A stretch of DNA of 63,988 bases, filler included, from an uncultured Methanoregulaceae archaeon (GCA_964530035.1; 10 parts of 10 records of this genome joined end to end with filler, not necessarily neighbours in it); one strand, 5' to 3'. Counted from the first letter of the whole stretch, positions 42,485 to 53,467 are shown. Program-made: numbers and translations. Notes: a model not told the origin generated them from the letters alone.

Positions 42485-42657
42485 GAAAGGATCTTTATAC
42501 GTATTCCGCCAGTATTCTTTATTTGACTTCGTTTCATCCCCTAGGGTCAGACGCGTTCACGGTTCCACCCGTATTCGAATCACGGAAACAGCAAAATCGC
42601 CAGATAGGCAGCATTTTGCTGTTTCCTGACAAATGACCAGGGATATGGGAGGGCAGG

Positions 42658-43662
42658 ATGGCAGAGGAGTGTCAGCAGGCAACCGGAATGGTCGCGGAGA
42701 GTGAAAAGGTGCAGGGTACCGCCAGTAGCAACACCCCGGGTTCAGCGGAGGCCTGCTGGAGGGAGGGACGCCGCCTGTCCCGGAAAGGGGACCATGATGG
42801 TGCCCTGGTCCAGTACCGCACCGCACTCAGTAAGGACCCCTCCCATGTCCCCTCGATCATCGGAGAGGGATATGAACTTGGAAAGATGGGCAGGTTCGCC
42901 GAGGAGATCGCCTCCTGTGACAGGGCGCTATCCCTGGACCCCTCCTCTGTTGAAGCCCTGATTGCCAAGGCATATGCCCTTGGCAAGCTCCTCAGGTTTT
43001 CTGAAAAGCTCGAGGTCTGTGACAAGGCAATCAGTATCCGGGCAGATTCCGCGGAGGCATGGAACCACCGGGGCATGGCACTCGGCATGCTGGGGAGGTT
43101 CCCAGAAGAGCTTGAGTCATGCGACCATGCGATCAGACTCAGGCCCCGATACCTGGCAGCATGGATTAACCGTGGACATGCCTTTTCCGGTCTCGGCAGG
43201 TACGAGGAAGAGATCCGCTGTTATGAGCATGTATTGCATATCTACCCGGGATATGTGTCCGCTTGGATCAACCTGGGCATTGCCAGGTGCCGGATAGGCC
43301 AGTACGCGGCTGCACTGCACTCGTTCGAAGAGGCAACACGGATCGACCCTGATAATCCCCGTCTTGCATACTGGCACGGGTATACCCTTTACCGTCTGAA
43401 GAATTACCAGGAGGCACTCCCGTATCTCCAGAGGGCGGTTGAAATAAACGAACGGAACGCTGATGCATGGGTAATACTTTCAAATATCTGGTTCATCCTT
43501 GGCCAGTTTGAAGACTCTTCAAAGGCTTTTTCAAAAGCATACGATATCGATATCGAAGATGTGAGGGACTGGCTCCACCAGGGGGTCATGCACCTGAAAA
43601 AAGGGTCAATAGACGAGGCCCTCACCTGTTTTGGTGAGATTTTCGGTATACTGAAGCGATAA
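42658..43662 (+). CDS. TPR repeat protein
   Basis: About nine 34-aa TPR units. Confidence 0.92.
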   Translation: MAEECQQATGMVAESEKVQGTASSNTPGSAEACWREGRRLSRKGDHDGALVQYRTALSKDPSHVPSIIGEGYELGKMGRFAEEIASCDRALSLDPSSVEALIAKAYALGKLLRFSEKLEVCDKAISIRADSAEAWNHRGMALGMLGRFPEELESCDHAIRLRPRYLAAWINRGHAFSGLGRYEEEIRCYEHVLHIYPGYVSAWINLGIARCRIGQYAAALHSFEEATRIDPDNPRLAYWHGYTLYRLKNYQEALPYLQRAVEINERNADAWVILSNIWFILGQFEDSSKAFSKAYDIDIEDVRDWLHQGVMHLKKGSIDEALTCFGEIFGILKR

Positions 43663-43711
43663 AACCGGGTTGGGAAGACCCGGGGTCATGGGTGGCGGGT
43701 CTTTTCCAGGT

Positions 43712-46006
43712 TCAGGCCCCGAACCCGGGAGGTGTCCCCGGGGTTGGTGTCGCATTCGGCAGCGAGTTCACGAAATACCAGTTGACCGGGGTTGTAAAGC
43801 CCCGCATGACCTTGACAACGGGTATGGTGTGCTCCGGATAACCGGCGAGAGAGACCTTTACCGAGTATATACCTGGTGCAAGGTCCTTGATGGTCAGGGG
43901 CGAGGTCCCTTTCTCGACGCTGTTGAGGTAGACCGTTGCATTGGGGAATGTTACCACACGGATGGAGCCAGTTGAGGGTGCCAGCGGCTTCAGGATTACC
44001 TTTCCAAGCGTATTGCGCATGAAGACCATCTGTGTCGAGGTCTTGTCGGGCTTGATGGTCACGGTCTTGTCAAAGGACTGGTAGCCGGTCTTTGTTACCT
44101 TGAGGTGGCAGGAACCCGCGGGAATACCCGTGATGGTAACGGGGGTACGTCCCTTATCAACTCCATCGATCAAAACCGTGGCATTTCCCGGGAGGGAGGT
44201 CACACGGAGTGAGCCGGTTGGACCTGGAGGACCTGCGGCAATATCCACGCACGAACTCCTGACCAGGGTCTGACCGCAGACCGTGGTTGTACCGGTCACA
44301 CATGCCTGGTAACTTCCCTGCTTCTGGTAGACGTGCACCGGGGACTTTTCAGTGGAGTTGGCTCCATCCCCGAATGACCATGAGAACGTCCACCCGCCAG
44401 TGCCACCCGTGGTCACGGTATCAAACCTGACCTTAAGCGGGGCCTGTCCCGAGGTCACGTTGGCGCTGGTGGTCATGCTGACGGGATCATATACTGTGAC
44501 ATATCCCGGCATGGTCCTGGTATCGTTTCCAAGACCGGACTTCGCAACCGTGAGGCTCACCGTGTAACTACCCGCAGTTGTATACGTGTGTACAGGGGAC
44601 TGGACGTTCGAGGTGGTGTTGTCGCCAAAGGTCCAGAGCCACGAATCAGGACCCCCGGTGGAACTATCGGTAAACGCCACCGTGACGTCCCGTATCCCAC
44701 AGGTCGTGTTTGCGGTGAAATTGGCCTTTGGACCAACAGGAACGGGTGTTGTCACATTGATGTAGTTGAATTTCGAGGTCTTGTTCGAGAGCACTCCCTT
44801 GGTAACGGTGAGATTGACGGTATAGAGTCCGGGCTGGCTGTAGAGATGTACGGGTGACTGGACCGCGGAAGTTGTGTTATCGCCGAACTCCCAGAGCCAT
44901 GCGGCAGGTGAGTAGAGGGACTGGTCAGTAAAGGTTACATTCAGAGGGGCATCTCCGAAAAGCGGCGATGCCGTAAACTGGGCTGCCGGAGGGATCACCG
45001 GTTCGGTGACATTTATCAGTCCGGACTGGATTCTTGGCCCGACAGGCCAGTTCAGGCTGTCATTCATCCGGATAACCAGGGGTATGAGCGAAGCAATTCC
45101 CGTTTTCGTTCCCTTGACCTGCAGTGTTGCGAGCGTCACATTCTTTGATCCCGCTGCTGATACCAGGTTCGCCCCGAAGGTGACCGATGATGCCGGGAAT
45201 GAGGTGTTGAACGTCCCTGTTGCCCCTGACGGGAAGGTAATACCGGTTATGGACACCTCACCAGGGCTGCCAAGTCCAAGGGCTACGGAAGTGTTGTAAC
45301 TGGCAAGCCCGGTGGGAGTCGAGTCGAGGATGACCAGTACCGGTACCGTCTGTTCTCTGGTAACCGTCCCATTCTCAACGTAAAGGACGGGGGCAGGGGT
45401 TATTGTTGAGAAATAAATCGTTTTTTCAGGGAGGACGGTCTGCCCATCTATGATTGCCTTGATCCTGACTGACCCGGTCTCCACCCCGTTAAACCTGAAC
45501 ATGATGCTCGAGTTGTCGGGACCCTGCTTGATCCCACTGAGCTGGAGGTGGGTCTGCACCTCGTTCCCCAGGGCATACCCCCCGAGGCTGATGTAGTCAT
45601 ACGTGCCGCTTGCGACAGGATTCGAGATGGTCGCCGAAAAGGTGCCGTTCTGGGCATTCCCTGCCTTCGTAACGACGGTGTCTCCTTTCTTGACAATAAG
45701 CGTCGCATACCCGACAGGGGAGATCGTTGTCGAGATGACCCCCGAGTCAAGCGAAAACGGCATGGTAAAGTTCACCGTATCATAGGTGAACGACGTGTTC
45801 TTCACGGTTGCAAAGGCAGAATCAATCACAAAGGTGAAGTTCTGTCCGTTCTGCAACCCGACAATATCCATGTACAGATAGTCTCCCTTGTACATCCGTT
45901 CGGGATGCGTTGTGATGGTTGCCGCTGATACTGCGGAAACCAGGGCGCTTATTAGCACCAGGAGACTCACAAGTCTGACTAATTGACCCTTCATAAGCAC
46001 ACCCAT
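43712..46006 (-). CDS. Secreted surface protein: cohesin-like domain, three PKD domains, two PEGA domains
   Basis: Signal peptide; WLWEFGD, WLWTFGD and FSWSFGDG with SPVHxY (PKD); GSLRVTSLPGNATVLIDG (PEGA). Confidence 0.9.
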   Translation of the reverse strand: MGVLMKGQLVRLVSLLVLISALVSAVSAATITTHPERMYKGDYLYMDIVGLQNGQNFTFVIDSAFATVKNTSFTYDTVNFTMPFSLDSGVISTTISPVGYATLIVKKGDTVVTKAGNAQNGTFSATISNPVASGTYDYISLGGYALGNEVQTHLQLSGIKQGPDNSSIMFRFNGVETGSVRIKAIIDGQTVLPEKTIYFSTITPAPVLYVENGTVTREQTVPVLVILDSTPTGLASYNTSVALGLGSPGEVSITGITFPSGATGTFNTSFPASSVTFGANLVSAAGSKNVTLATLQVKGTKTGIASLIPLVIRMNDSLNWPVGPRIQSGLINVTEPVIPPAAQFTASPLFGDAPLNVTFTDQSLYSPAAWLWEFGDNTTSAVQSPVHLYSQPGLYTVNLTVTKGVLSNKTSKFNYINVTTPVPVGPKANFTANTTCGIRDVTVAFTDSSTGGPDSWLWTFGDNTTSNVQSPVHTYTTAGSYTVSLTVAKSGLGNDTRTMPGYVTVYDPVSMTTSANVTSGQAPLKVRFDTVTTGGTGGWTFSWSFGDGANSTEKSPVHVYQKQGSYQACVTGTTTVCGQTLVRSSCVDIAAGPPGPTGSLRVTSLPGNATVLIDGVDKGRTPVTITGIPAGSCHLKVTKTGYQSFDKTVTIKPDKTSTQMVFMRNTLGKVILKPLAPSTGSIRVVTFPNATVYLNSVEKGTSPLTIKDLAPGIYSVKVSLAGYPEHTIPVVKVMRGFTTPVNWYFVNSLPNATPTPGTPPGFGA

Positions 46007-46159
46007 GATGATAAATAGTATAGTGTAACGGGTAAAAGGTATAAATAATTTGTCATAAANNNNNNNNNNNNNNNNNNNNNNNNNNNNNNNNNNNNNNNNN
46101 NNNTTAATTAATTAANNNNNNNNNNNNNNNNNNNNNNNNNNNNNNNNNNNNNNNNNNNN

Positions 46160-48228
46160 GAGTGACCCCTGTCCCGCCGTCACAGGTGCAGGAGGGCTGC
46201 CAGGACTGCCTTGAAACCTGCGAGAAGTACAGTCCTGGTGTGGAGGATTGCGTGGACGCCTGTGCAGGCATGGCCGGTCCTGAACGGTGTGGATATTGCT
46301 ACAATTATGAATGTGCCGGGACAATGGAGGGCCGTCCGGCATGTTATTACGACTGCATGATGAGGAATTCGTGTTCGTGTCCGCGGGTGAACCTGTCGTG
46401 TGGAGACTGCATTGAACACTGCAATGAAAGCCGCCCATCATTTGGCAGCCCGATAAACTGCGTCAGGGACTGCCTTGGAGGTGCGGCAGATTTCGATTTC
46501 ATGAACTGCGATACCTGCTGGGAGCCCTGCAGGGCGGAGTATGATGGCGTCGAGGAGCAGACCTGCTACTTCAGGTGCATGCAGGCCAGCGGGTGCAGGT
46601 GTCCGTCCCGGGAACAGAGCTGCGACAGGTGTATTGACGCCTGCAACGCTCCGGGTATGACGCCCTCTCAACGGGCTGGCTGTGTCGAAGGATGTGCCGG
46701 TCTTGGAGACCTCCAGCATTGCGCGAGTTGCGCCAGGGAGTGTGCCATCTCCGGGGGCCAGGGAGGTATCAACGTCACCTGTTATAGCAACTGCATCCAG
46801 GAAAATGGCTGTTCATGTCCTCCGACACAGACCGTTCAGGACTGCGAAAGCTGCATATCTGGCTGTGCTTCGTCTGCTTCATCGACCGCTGAGAGGATGA
46901 GCTGTATCAACACCTGTTCAGGACAGCCTGCTACCCAGCTCTGTGCCGCATGTTCCAGCCAGTGCGATGACATAGAAGGCGATGCCCTCATCGCTGAGTG
47001 CTATTCCCACTGCATGCTGCAGAATAGCTGTTCATGTCCCCCGACCCAGACGGTTCAGAACTGCGAGAGCTGTATAACCGGCTGTGCTTCTTCTGCATCA
47101 AACCCGACAGCCAGGATGAACTGTATCACCGGTTGTTCGGGCGGGCCTGCCGGAAGCCCGTTGTGCCAGTCATGCGTCAGCCTGTGCGACGGTGCAGGCA
47201 GCAGCGCGAACAGGGCCGAGTGCTATTCCCATTGCATGCTGCAGAACGGCTGCACGTGTCTGCCGATGCAGACCGTCCAGAACTGTGGCACCTGTGTCGA
47301 TTCGTGTGACGAGGAGTTCATCGAAGGACCGGTGAGCTGGGGACCGCCCGCAGGTGGTTCTGACGACGAGAACACCTACGCAGAGGACGCGAGGGACTGT
47401 TACGCGGGGTGCATGGGCCTGTCAGCGGGACAAGCATGCAGCCAGTGTTCGGCGACGTGCTCCGGCCTTGAGAACGCCCTGCTCCAGGCGACCTGCTACT
47501 CTGCCTGCGCAAGGAACAACGGTTGTACCTGTCCCCAGGCCCAGGTGACACCCGTCCCGGTATCGGGGTGTAACAGCTGCATCGATGCCTGTGACGCGGA
47601 GGCCGGTTCAGGGTCGATGACATCGTGGGGCCCCGGGGTCAACCGCGACTGTTACAACGACTGTATCTCACCGAAGACCTCGTCGTCGTGCGCATCCTGC
47701 GTGAACAGCTGTTCGACGGCCGGGAACACTACGCGCCAGCTGCTCTGTTACTCGCACTGTATCAGGACGAATGGCTGCGCCTGCCCCCAGACCACCCCGG
47801 TCACCGGCATGGTCTACCCGCGGCAGACGATTACCGGCATCACGGTGACCCCGACTCCCCGTCCGACGGTGACAATACGGGTCACGGCACTCCCCCGCAT
47901 CACCCTGACCCCGACGGCCGTCCCGGGGCTGTGCAGTGCCTGTCTCGCAGAATGCCAGGGCCAGCGGGGCGCCTCGTACTCGAAGTGCCTCGGGGACTGT
48001 GCGGCGGAGAGCGGCCTTGACCGGAACTTCTGCATGCCGACCCTTGTCCCGGTCACTCCTTCGGCAACCGCGACGGCGGTGCCGTCAGGAGCGGTCTGCT
48101 GGGGCGATTTCTGCATCCTGCCGGGACAGCAACAGCAGCAGCCCCAGCAGAACTGCAGACAGGTATGGGTGGGGTGTTCACCGAACCAGCTGAACTGTAA
48201 TCCGCATTACGAGACCGTCTGCTCCTGA
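46160..48228 (+). CDS. Cysteine-rich tandem-repeat protein (5' truncated)
   Basis: Seven repeats with a conserved 12-Cys spacing, Thr/Pro linkers, Cys-rich C-terminal modules; followed by a T-run at ~48240. Confidence 0.9.
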
Positions 48229-48347
48229 AACCCATCCACTTTTTTTTGGCGGCCATTTCTCCCGGTTTCGGTGGTCCAGATAAAAAGGGTCCTCCCTGCA
48301 AGTCCCCCTGGAGAATGATTGATAACCCCTCAACCTGACCATCAGGT

Positions 48348-49814
48348 ATGCCACCATCCGTCCTTATCATCGGCGGGGGGATCGCCGGTCTTGCAGCAGG
48401 CTGTTTCTCCCGCATGAGCGGTTTTCCCACCGAGGTCATCGAGATGCACAGCGTCCCGGGCGGCCTCTGCACCGCCTGGACCCGGAAGGGGTACACCGCT
48501 GACCTGTGCATCCACTGGCTGACCGGGTCGGACCCGACAAGCCCTCTTTCTGGCGTCTACCGCGATATCGGTCTCCTCCATGGGCAGGAGATCGTGAAAC
48601 ACGAGTACTACGCGAGGGTCACCGATCCCGACGGGCATGTCCTCACACTGTACAACAACCCTGACCGGCTCTATTCGGAACTTGTCTCGTTCTCACCACA
48701 GGATGAGCCCTTCGCCAGGTCACTCTGCAACGACATCAGGAGACTTGCAAAGATGCAGCTCTCCGCCGACATGGGCATCATGCAGATGATACGCTTCATC
48801 CCCCTCCTCCCGGTGATGAAGCGGTACAAGGCGCCCCTTACTGAAGTTCTGGCTGTCGTAAAGGACCCCGTGCTCCGCAGGCTCCTGCTCGCCGGGCTTG
48901 AGTGGCACGGCCAGTCAGCGGTTTTTTCCCTGATGGGGCTCGCCCTCCAGGGGTCGGGAAACGGGGGATACCCCATGGGAGGGTCGCTCCCGCTCGCACA
49001 GGGCGTCGAGAAACGGTTCCTGGAGCTGGGGGGCAGCATCCGCTACCGATCCCGGGTGGAATCGATAATCACTGAAAAGGACCGGGCGGCCGGGGTGCGG
49101 TTGTCGGACGGCACCGAGGTGAGAGCTGACGTCGTCATTTCCGCAGCCGACGGTCATGCGACCATCTTCGACTGGCTCGGGGGTAAGTACCTTGATGATA
49201 CGCTTAAGGGATACTATGAAAAGTTCAGGCCTTTTCCACCCCTGGTCTTCGTCTCGCTCGGCATCAGTGCCGACCTCGGGAACAGGCCCCACAGCCTCAC
49301 CTGTCTCCTGAAGGACCCGCTTAGGATAGGAGGTGTTCTCCAGGAGGATCTGACCATCCACAACCATTCGTACGACAGCACCCTCGCCCCTCAGGGAAAG
49401 TCCGTTATCACCCTCAGCATCCCTTCAGACTGGGCATACTGGCAGGACAAGCCCCGCGGGACCGAAGCCTACGAACATGAAAAACAGTCCATCACAGACC
49501 AGGTAACCGCGTTCGTCACCACTACCTACCCCGAGTGCAGCGGAAAGGTCGAGATGACGGACGTGGCGACACCGCACACCTTCGTCAGGTACACCGGCAA
49601 CTGGAAGGGGTCGTACGAAGGCTGGCTGCTCACGGCTGACTCGTTCTTTACGCAGATGCCCATGACCCTCCCAGGTCTGTCAGGCTTTTACATGGCAGGC
49701 CAGTGGGTGAAGGTCGGGGGAGGGATACCGGGGGCCGTCATGTCGGCACGGGACACGGTAAAACGGGTGTGTAAGGACACTGGTCAACCCTTCCTCGGGC
49801 GTTGCAAGGCGTAA
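48348..49814 (+). CDS. FAD-dependent oxidoreductase, phytoene dehydrogenase-like (COG1233)
   Basis: IIGGGIAGL, PGGLCTAWTRKGY, YPMGGS, DVATPHTF, FYMAGQWVKVGGG. Confidence 0.9.
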   Translation: MPPSVLIIGGGIAGLAAGCFSRMSGFPTEVIEMHSVPGGLCTAWTRKGYTADLCIHWLTGSDPTSPLSGVYRDIGLLHGQEIVKHEYYARVTDPDGHVLTLYNNPDRLYSELVSFSPQDEPFARSLCNDIRRLAKMQLSADMGIMQMIRFIPLLPVMKRYKAPLTEVLAVVKDPVLRRLLLAGLEWHGQSAVFSLMGLALQGSGNGGYPMGGSLPLAQGVEKRFLELGGSIRYRSRVESIITEKDRAAGVRLSDGTEVRADVVISAADGHATIFDWLGGKYLDDTLKGYYEKFRPFPPLVFVSLGISADLGNRPHSLTCLLKDPLRIGGVLQEDLTIHNHSYDSTLAPQGKSVITLSIPSDWAYWQDKPRGTEAYEHEKQSITDQVTAFVTTTYPECSGKVEMTDVATPHTFVRYTGNWKGSYEGWLLTADSFFTQMPMTLPGLSGFYMAGQWVKVGGGIPGAVMSARDTVKRVCKDTGQPFLGRCKA

Positions 49815-49840
49815 AGAGGACCCTCACCATATTTTCATAC

Positions 49841-50394
49841 ATTTTTGGTTGTGTGAAATCTCCATCTCTCCATTGTATCCGCCTCATAATGAGAGATCTC
49901 CATCACCCTGCAATTCCAATCAGAGGATTTAAACAGAGCCGATTTTTTAATTTTCATCCTGAACAGGCAGAGGATGAAAGGGATTCGAACCGGGGGGCTG
50001 CTGCCCCCAAACCCCCTGCATACGATAGCCCTGGCAAGCCGTAGGCGATTCCATTATCAGGGTTGTTTGGGGTATGGTTTTGGTAGTTTTGAGTCTTCAG
50101 CGAATTTTTTTTCAGTTCGGAATATTCATGAAGGGCCGTGAGACCGCCGCCGGGGCGCCCTTCGGGGGCGGCGGGGTATCTTTCCAGGGGTGTGGGGGCG
50201 AAGCTCCCACTGAAGGATTAATGTTTATGGAATATCGGGAAAGGTGAGGCTACGGGTATTCGGCAAGTTCGGGAAACATTCCATAAAGTCTGAAAAATTT
50301 CAGATCCCATTTCTTAAAACCGACAGGTTACTTGAAATTTATATCAGGTATAGAAGAATTATTCGTTAAAATTGGGCTTTTTGTATCAGTTGTA
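49841..50394 (-). repeat. Fullest copy of a dispersed, hairpin-containing intergenic repeat (MITE/REP-like or structured ncRNA)
   Basis: Segments match 6415-6601 and 32981-33101. Contains inverted GGG(G/A)GCTNNGCCCCC..ACCCC motifs (~49992 and ~50187-50210) and a CCGCCGCC/GGCGGCGG stem at 50144-50174. Confidence 0.8.
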
Positions 50395-50556
50395 ACACAC
50401 ACGAACAAGCGTTCATATGGGTTTCAAGAGAGCCGTATATTTCGCCGTTTTTTAGATACTGGCAGACCTCCACCAGGCATACCAGTACCCCTGTCCACCC
50501 TTCATAGCCCCACCCGGCAAACCCTTTTCACCTGTCATGGGAGAGTATCCCTGACG

Positions 50557-52324
50557 ATGAACCTTCGGACGCGGGTCCTTCTCCTCTACCTCGTGATCGC
50601 GGTACTGGTGCTGGTCCTTATCGGCGGGCTCCTCCCGGCCACCCTCCACCAGCAGAACCTGAACTCCATCTCGAGGGACTCGATCAACCAGTTGAAGAAC
50701 ATCGATTTTGTCCTCTCGAACTTCATCGGTTCGGTCAGGTATGATGTCGCCGGCCTCTCCCTGGACAAGGACATAAACTACCCTGACGACTCAAACTTCA
50801 CGAATTTCCTCAACGCCTCGGAAAATGCGTTCGAGTATTCATCGAGTGAACAGGAACAGGAGATTATCACGGCTTTGAGGGAGTACCACCTGACCCACCC
50901 GTACGTCAACTCGGTCTATATGGGCCGGGAAAACGGTGCCTTCGTCAGGTCATACCCCCGGGCACGGCCCACCGCCTATGACCCAAGGGAAAGGCCGTGG
51001 TACATCCTCGCCAGGCAGAACCCCGGGCAGGTGATGGTGACGGAGCCGTACATGTCCATCACGACTCCTGACGTGAACATCGGGATCGTGACCGCCCTCC
51101 GTGACACCAGGGGGGCCGTCTTTGGAGTTGTCGGCGCCGATGTCACCCTTGTTTCCCTGACGAACTACATCAACAAGTTCGAACTTGGGCGCAGGGGCGA
51201 ACTGATTCTGACCGATAAAAACGGCATCATTCTCACGTCGAGGAACTCCTCCCGGCTTTCGAAGAACATCAGCGAGCTCCTTGGTGAGCAGAACGGAATT
51301 TTTCTTTCCAGCCGTGAAGGAGTCCTGCTCCTTGAAAGGGACTACCTCATCTACTACACGTCCCCTGAACTCGGGTGGAAGATAGGGGCTTTTATCCCGA
51401 TTGACGCCGTTGAAGAGGAGATCAACGATTCAATCCTTAAGATCCTGCTGGCAGTCCTCGCCGCCCTGGTCCTTCTGAGTGTGATCACGGTGATTATCCT
51501 TGACAGGACCGTCATCCGCCCGCTGGAGCCCCTCACCGACGTGAGCAGGAGAATAGCCGAGACCGGGGACCTTGACCAGGAAATCAGGACGCACGGCTCG
51601 GGTGAGATAGGCACCCTGTCCCGGTCCTTCGATGCAATGGTCAGGAGGATCAGGACCGGGGAGGAGGAGAAGAACCGGGCGCTCCGGGAGCTCGCCGATT
51701 ACCGTGACCACCTGGAAGATACCGTCGCTGAACGGACCCGGGAGCTCGCGGTTGCAAAAGAGGCCGCAGAATCAGCAGACCGGCTCAAGTCGGCCTTCCT
51801 TGCCACCATGTCGCATGAACTCAGAACGCCCCTGAACTCCATCATCGGGTTCTCCGGGATCCTCCTCCAGGAGCTTGCCGGCCCATTGAACGACGAACAG
51901 AAAAAGCAGCTTGGCATGATATCGGATAGTTCCGAGCACCTCCTGGCGCTGATAAACGATGTCCTCGACCTCTCGAAGATCGAGTCCGGGCAGCTGGTCG
52001 TCGCCGACGAGCCCGTGGACCTCGCGTCTCTTGTTGAAAAGGTCGTGGCGACGGTCCGTCCTCTTGCCGGGAAAAAAGGTCTCACCCTCGTTGTTGATAT
52101 CGCGCCTGGCACGGGCAGGGTGAGAGGAGACAGCCGGCGGGTCGGGCAGGTCCTTCTGAACCTGATCTCAAACGCGATCAAGTTCACGGAGAAGGGAGGC
52201 ATCAGGGTCGAATGCCTGCAGGTCGGCGACAGGGTCGTCACCCGGGTCAGGGACACCGGGATCGGGATCGCGCAGGAAGACATGGATAAGCTCTTCAGGC
52301 CGTTCAGCCAGATCGATACAGGAC
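50557..52324 (+). CDS. Membrane dCache-HAMP sensor histidine kinase, truncated
   Basis: TM, YDPRERPWY Cache motif, TM, HAMP, KSAFLATMSHELRTPLN, NLISNAIKFT, DTGIGI. Confidence 0.93.
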
Positions 52325-52456
52325 NNNNNNNNNNNNNNNNNNNNNNNNNNNNNNNNNNNNNNNNNNNNTTAATTAATTAANNNNNNNNNNNNNNNNNNNN
52401 NNNNNNNNNNNNNNNNNNNNNNNNGGTATGCCTATCTTACCCTCTGCGATTTACCA

Positions 52457-53467
52457 CTAAGGCTGAACAGTTACAAAAATTTTATTATAATCAAATAATT
52501 CGAAAATATCCTTGCGATCCTTCCGGTCAGGTGTCGCAGTCAAACCAATCATGAATGGGGGCTGGAAATGTTGTAAAATATTTTGATATGTCCGAGCTTG
52601 TCCGTGATGAACTTCATCGATAATTATATAGCTAAATTCATCAGAGGAGAATCGGGTTAATTGCTCTTCGTTAGTTAGTGTATCTTTTGATGCGAATAAT
52701 ATGTCAGAATCGTATTCGTTTTCTTTGGTTTCTCCGGTCAATATTCCAATTTTAGCTTTAGGGAATACAGATTCAAAGGCTTCTTTTGATTGGGATAATA
52801 TATCCAATCTATGAACTACGTACAATACTCGCCCAGGAACCCTTTCAGAATCAAGGGCGGCTAAATAAGTCTTACCAGTTCCAGTGGGAAGAATCACTAT
52901 CCCTTTTTTCCAGCCTTTTTCATTGCGATAAAATTCAATAGCATCTAATGCAGCTTGTTGAAGTGGGTGCGGTTCAATTCGGTTTTCAATAATTAATTCT
53001 GGAAAGTATTTGCGGATTACCTTAAATAGAGTGGTTGATATCTTTTTCCTCCAGATGGGAGATTGTAATTGATTGTAAGAATATCGTTGTAACGCCCATC
53101 CGGCATTTATTATTTCATTTTGTCTTTGGAGATTGCTGTCAAACATATCATCTGGAATAATGCCTTCTGCATGGTAGGTTTCCCCGTTTACTTCCAGAGC
53201 TAATTTTTTATTATCTTTGAGAATAACAAAATCAATTCTTCTTGTTACTCCCTCAGAATCTAAAAAGGGATATTGGGGTTGAACATATTTTATTCCTGTT
53301 TTACCTAATAGGGGATAGAGAAACTCTCTTACAAACAATTTTTCACTATCTTGAACAATTTTATAGTTATATGCGTCTAAAAATTCCTCTAATTCGATTG
53401 ATTCCCTAGTTGCAAAAATGTTTTCTACTGAAAATGAATCTAGCCTTTCTGAAGGAGATGTTTCCAT
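52457..53467 (-). pseudogene. DUF559-like endonuclease fused to SF2 (ResIII-type) helicase N-domain; C-terminally truncated
   Basis: IDFVI..ALEVNGETYH...RQNEI..GW nuclease; LPTGTGKT, IIIDEVHH, GLTATP. The ORF stops just after motif III with no second RecA domain. Strongly AT-rich. Confidence 0.75.

Noticed and set aside
46160..48228. Multiheme cytochrome or polyferredoxin
   Set aside because: No CxxCH motifs (only CYSHC/CIEHC) and no Cx2Cx2Cx3C ferredoxin spacing.
46160..49814. Cys-rich protein plus FAD oxidoreductase as a RiPP or disulfide-formation cluster
   Set aside because: A T-run terminator-like tract separates them, the enzyme is a generic COG1233 member with no redox CxxC, and the upstream context is missing. 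Adjacency alone is insufficient.
50332..50556. N-terminal extension of the Cache kinase from TTG 50332
   Set aside because: It begins inside the dispersed repeat; ATG 50557 directly precedes the first TM helix.
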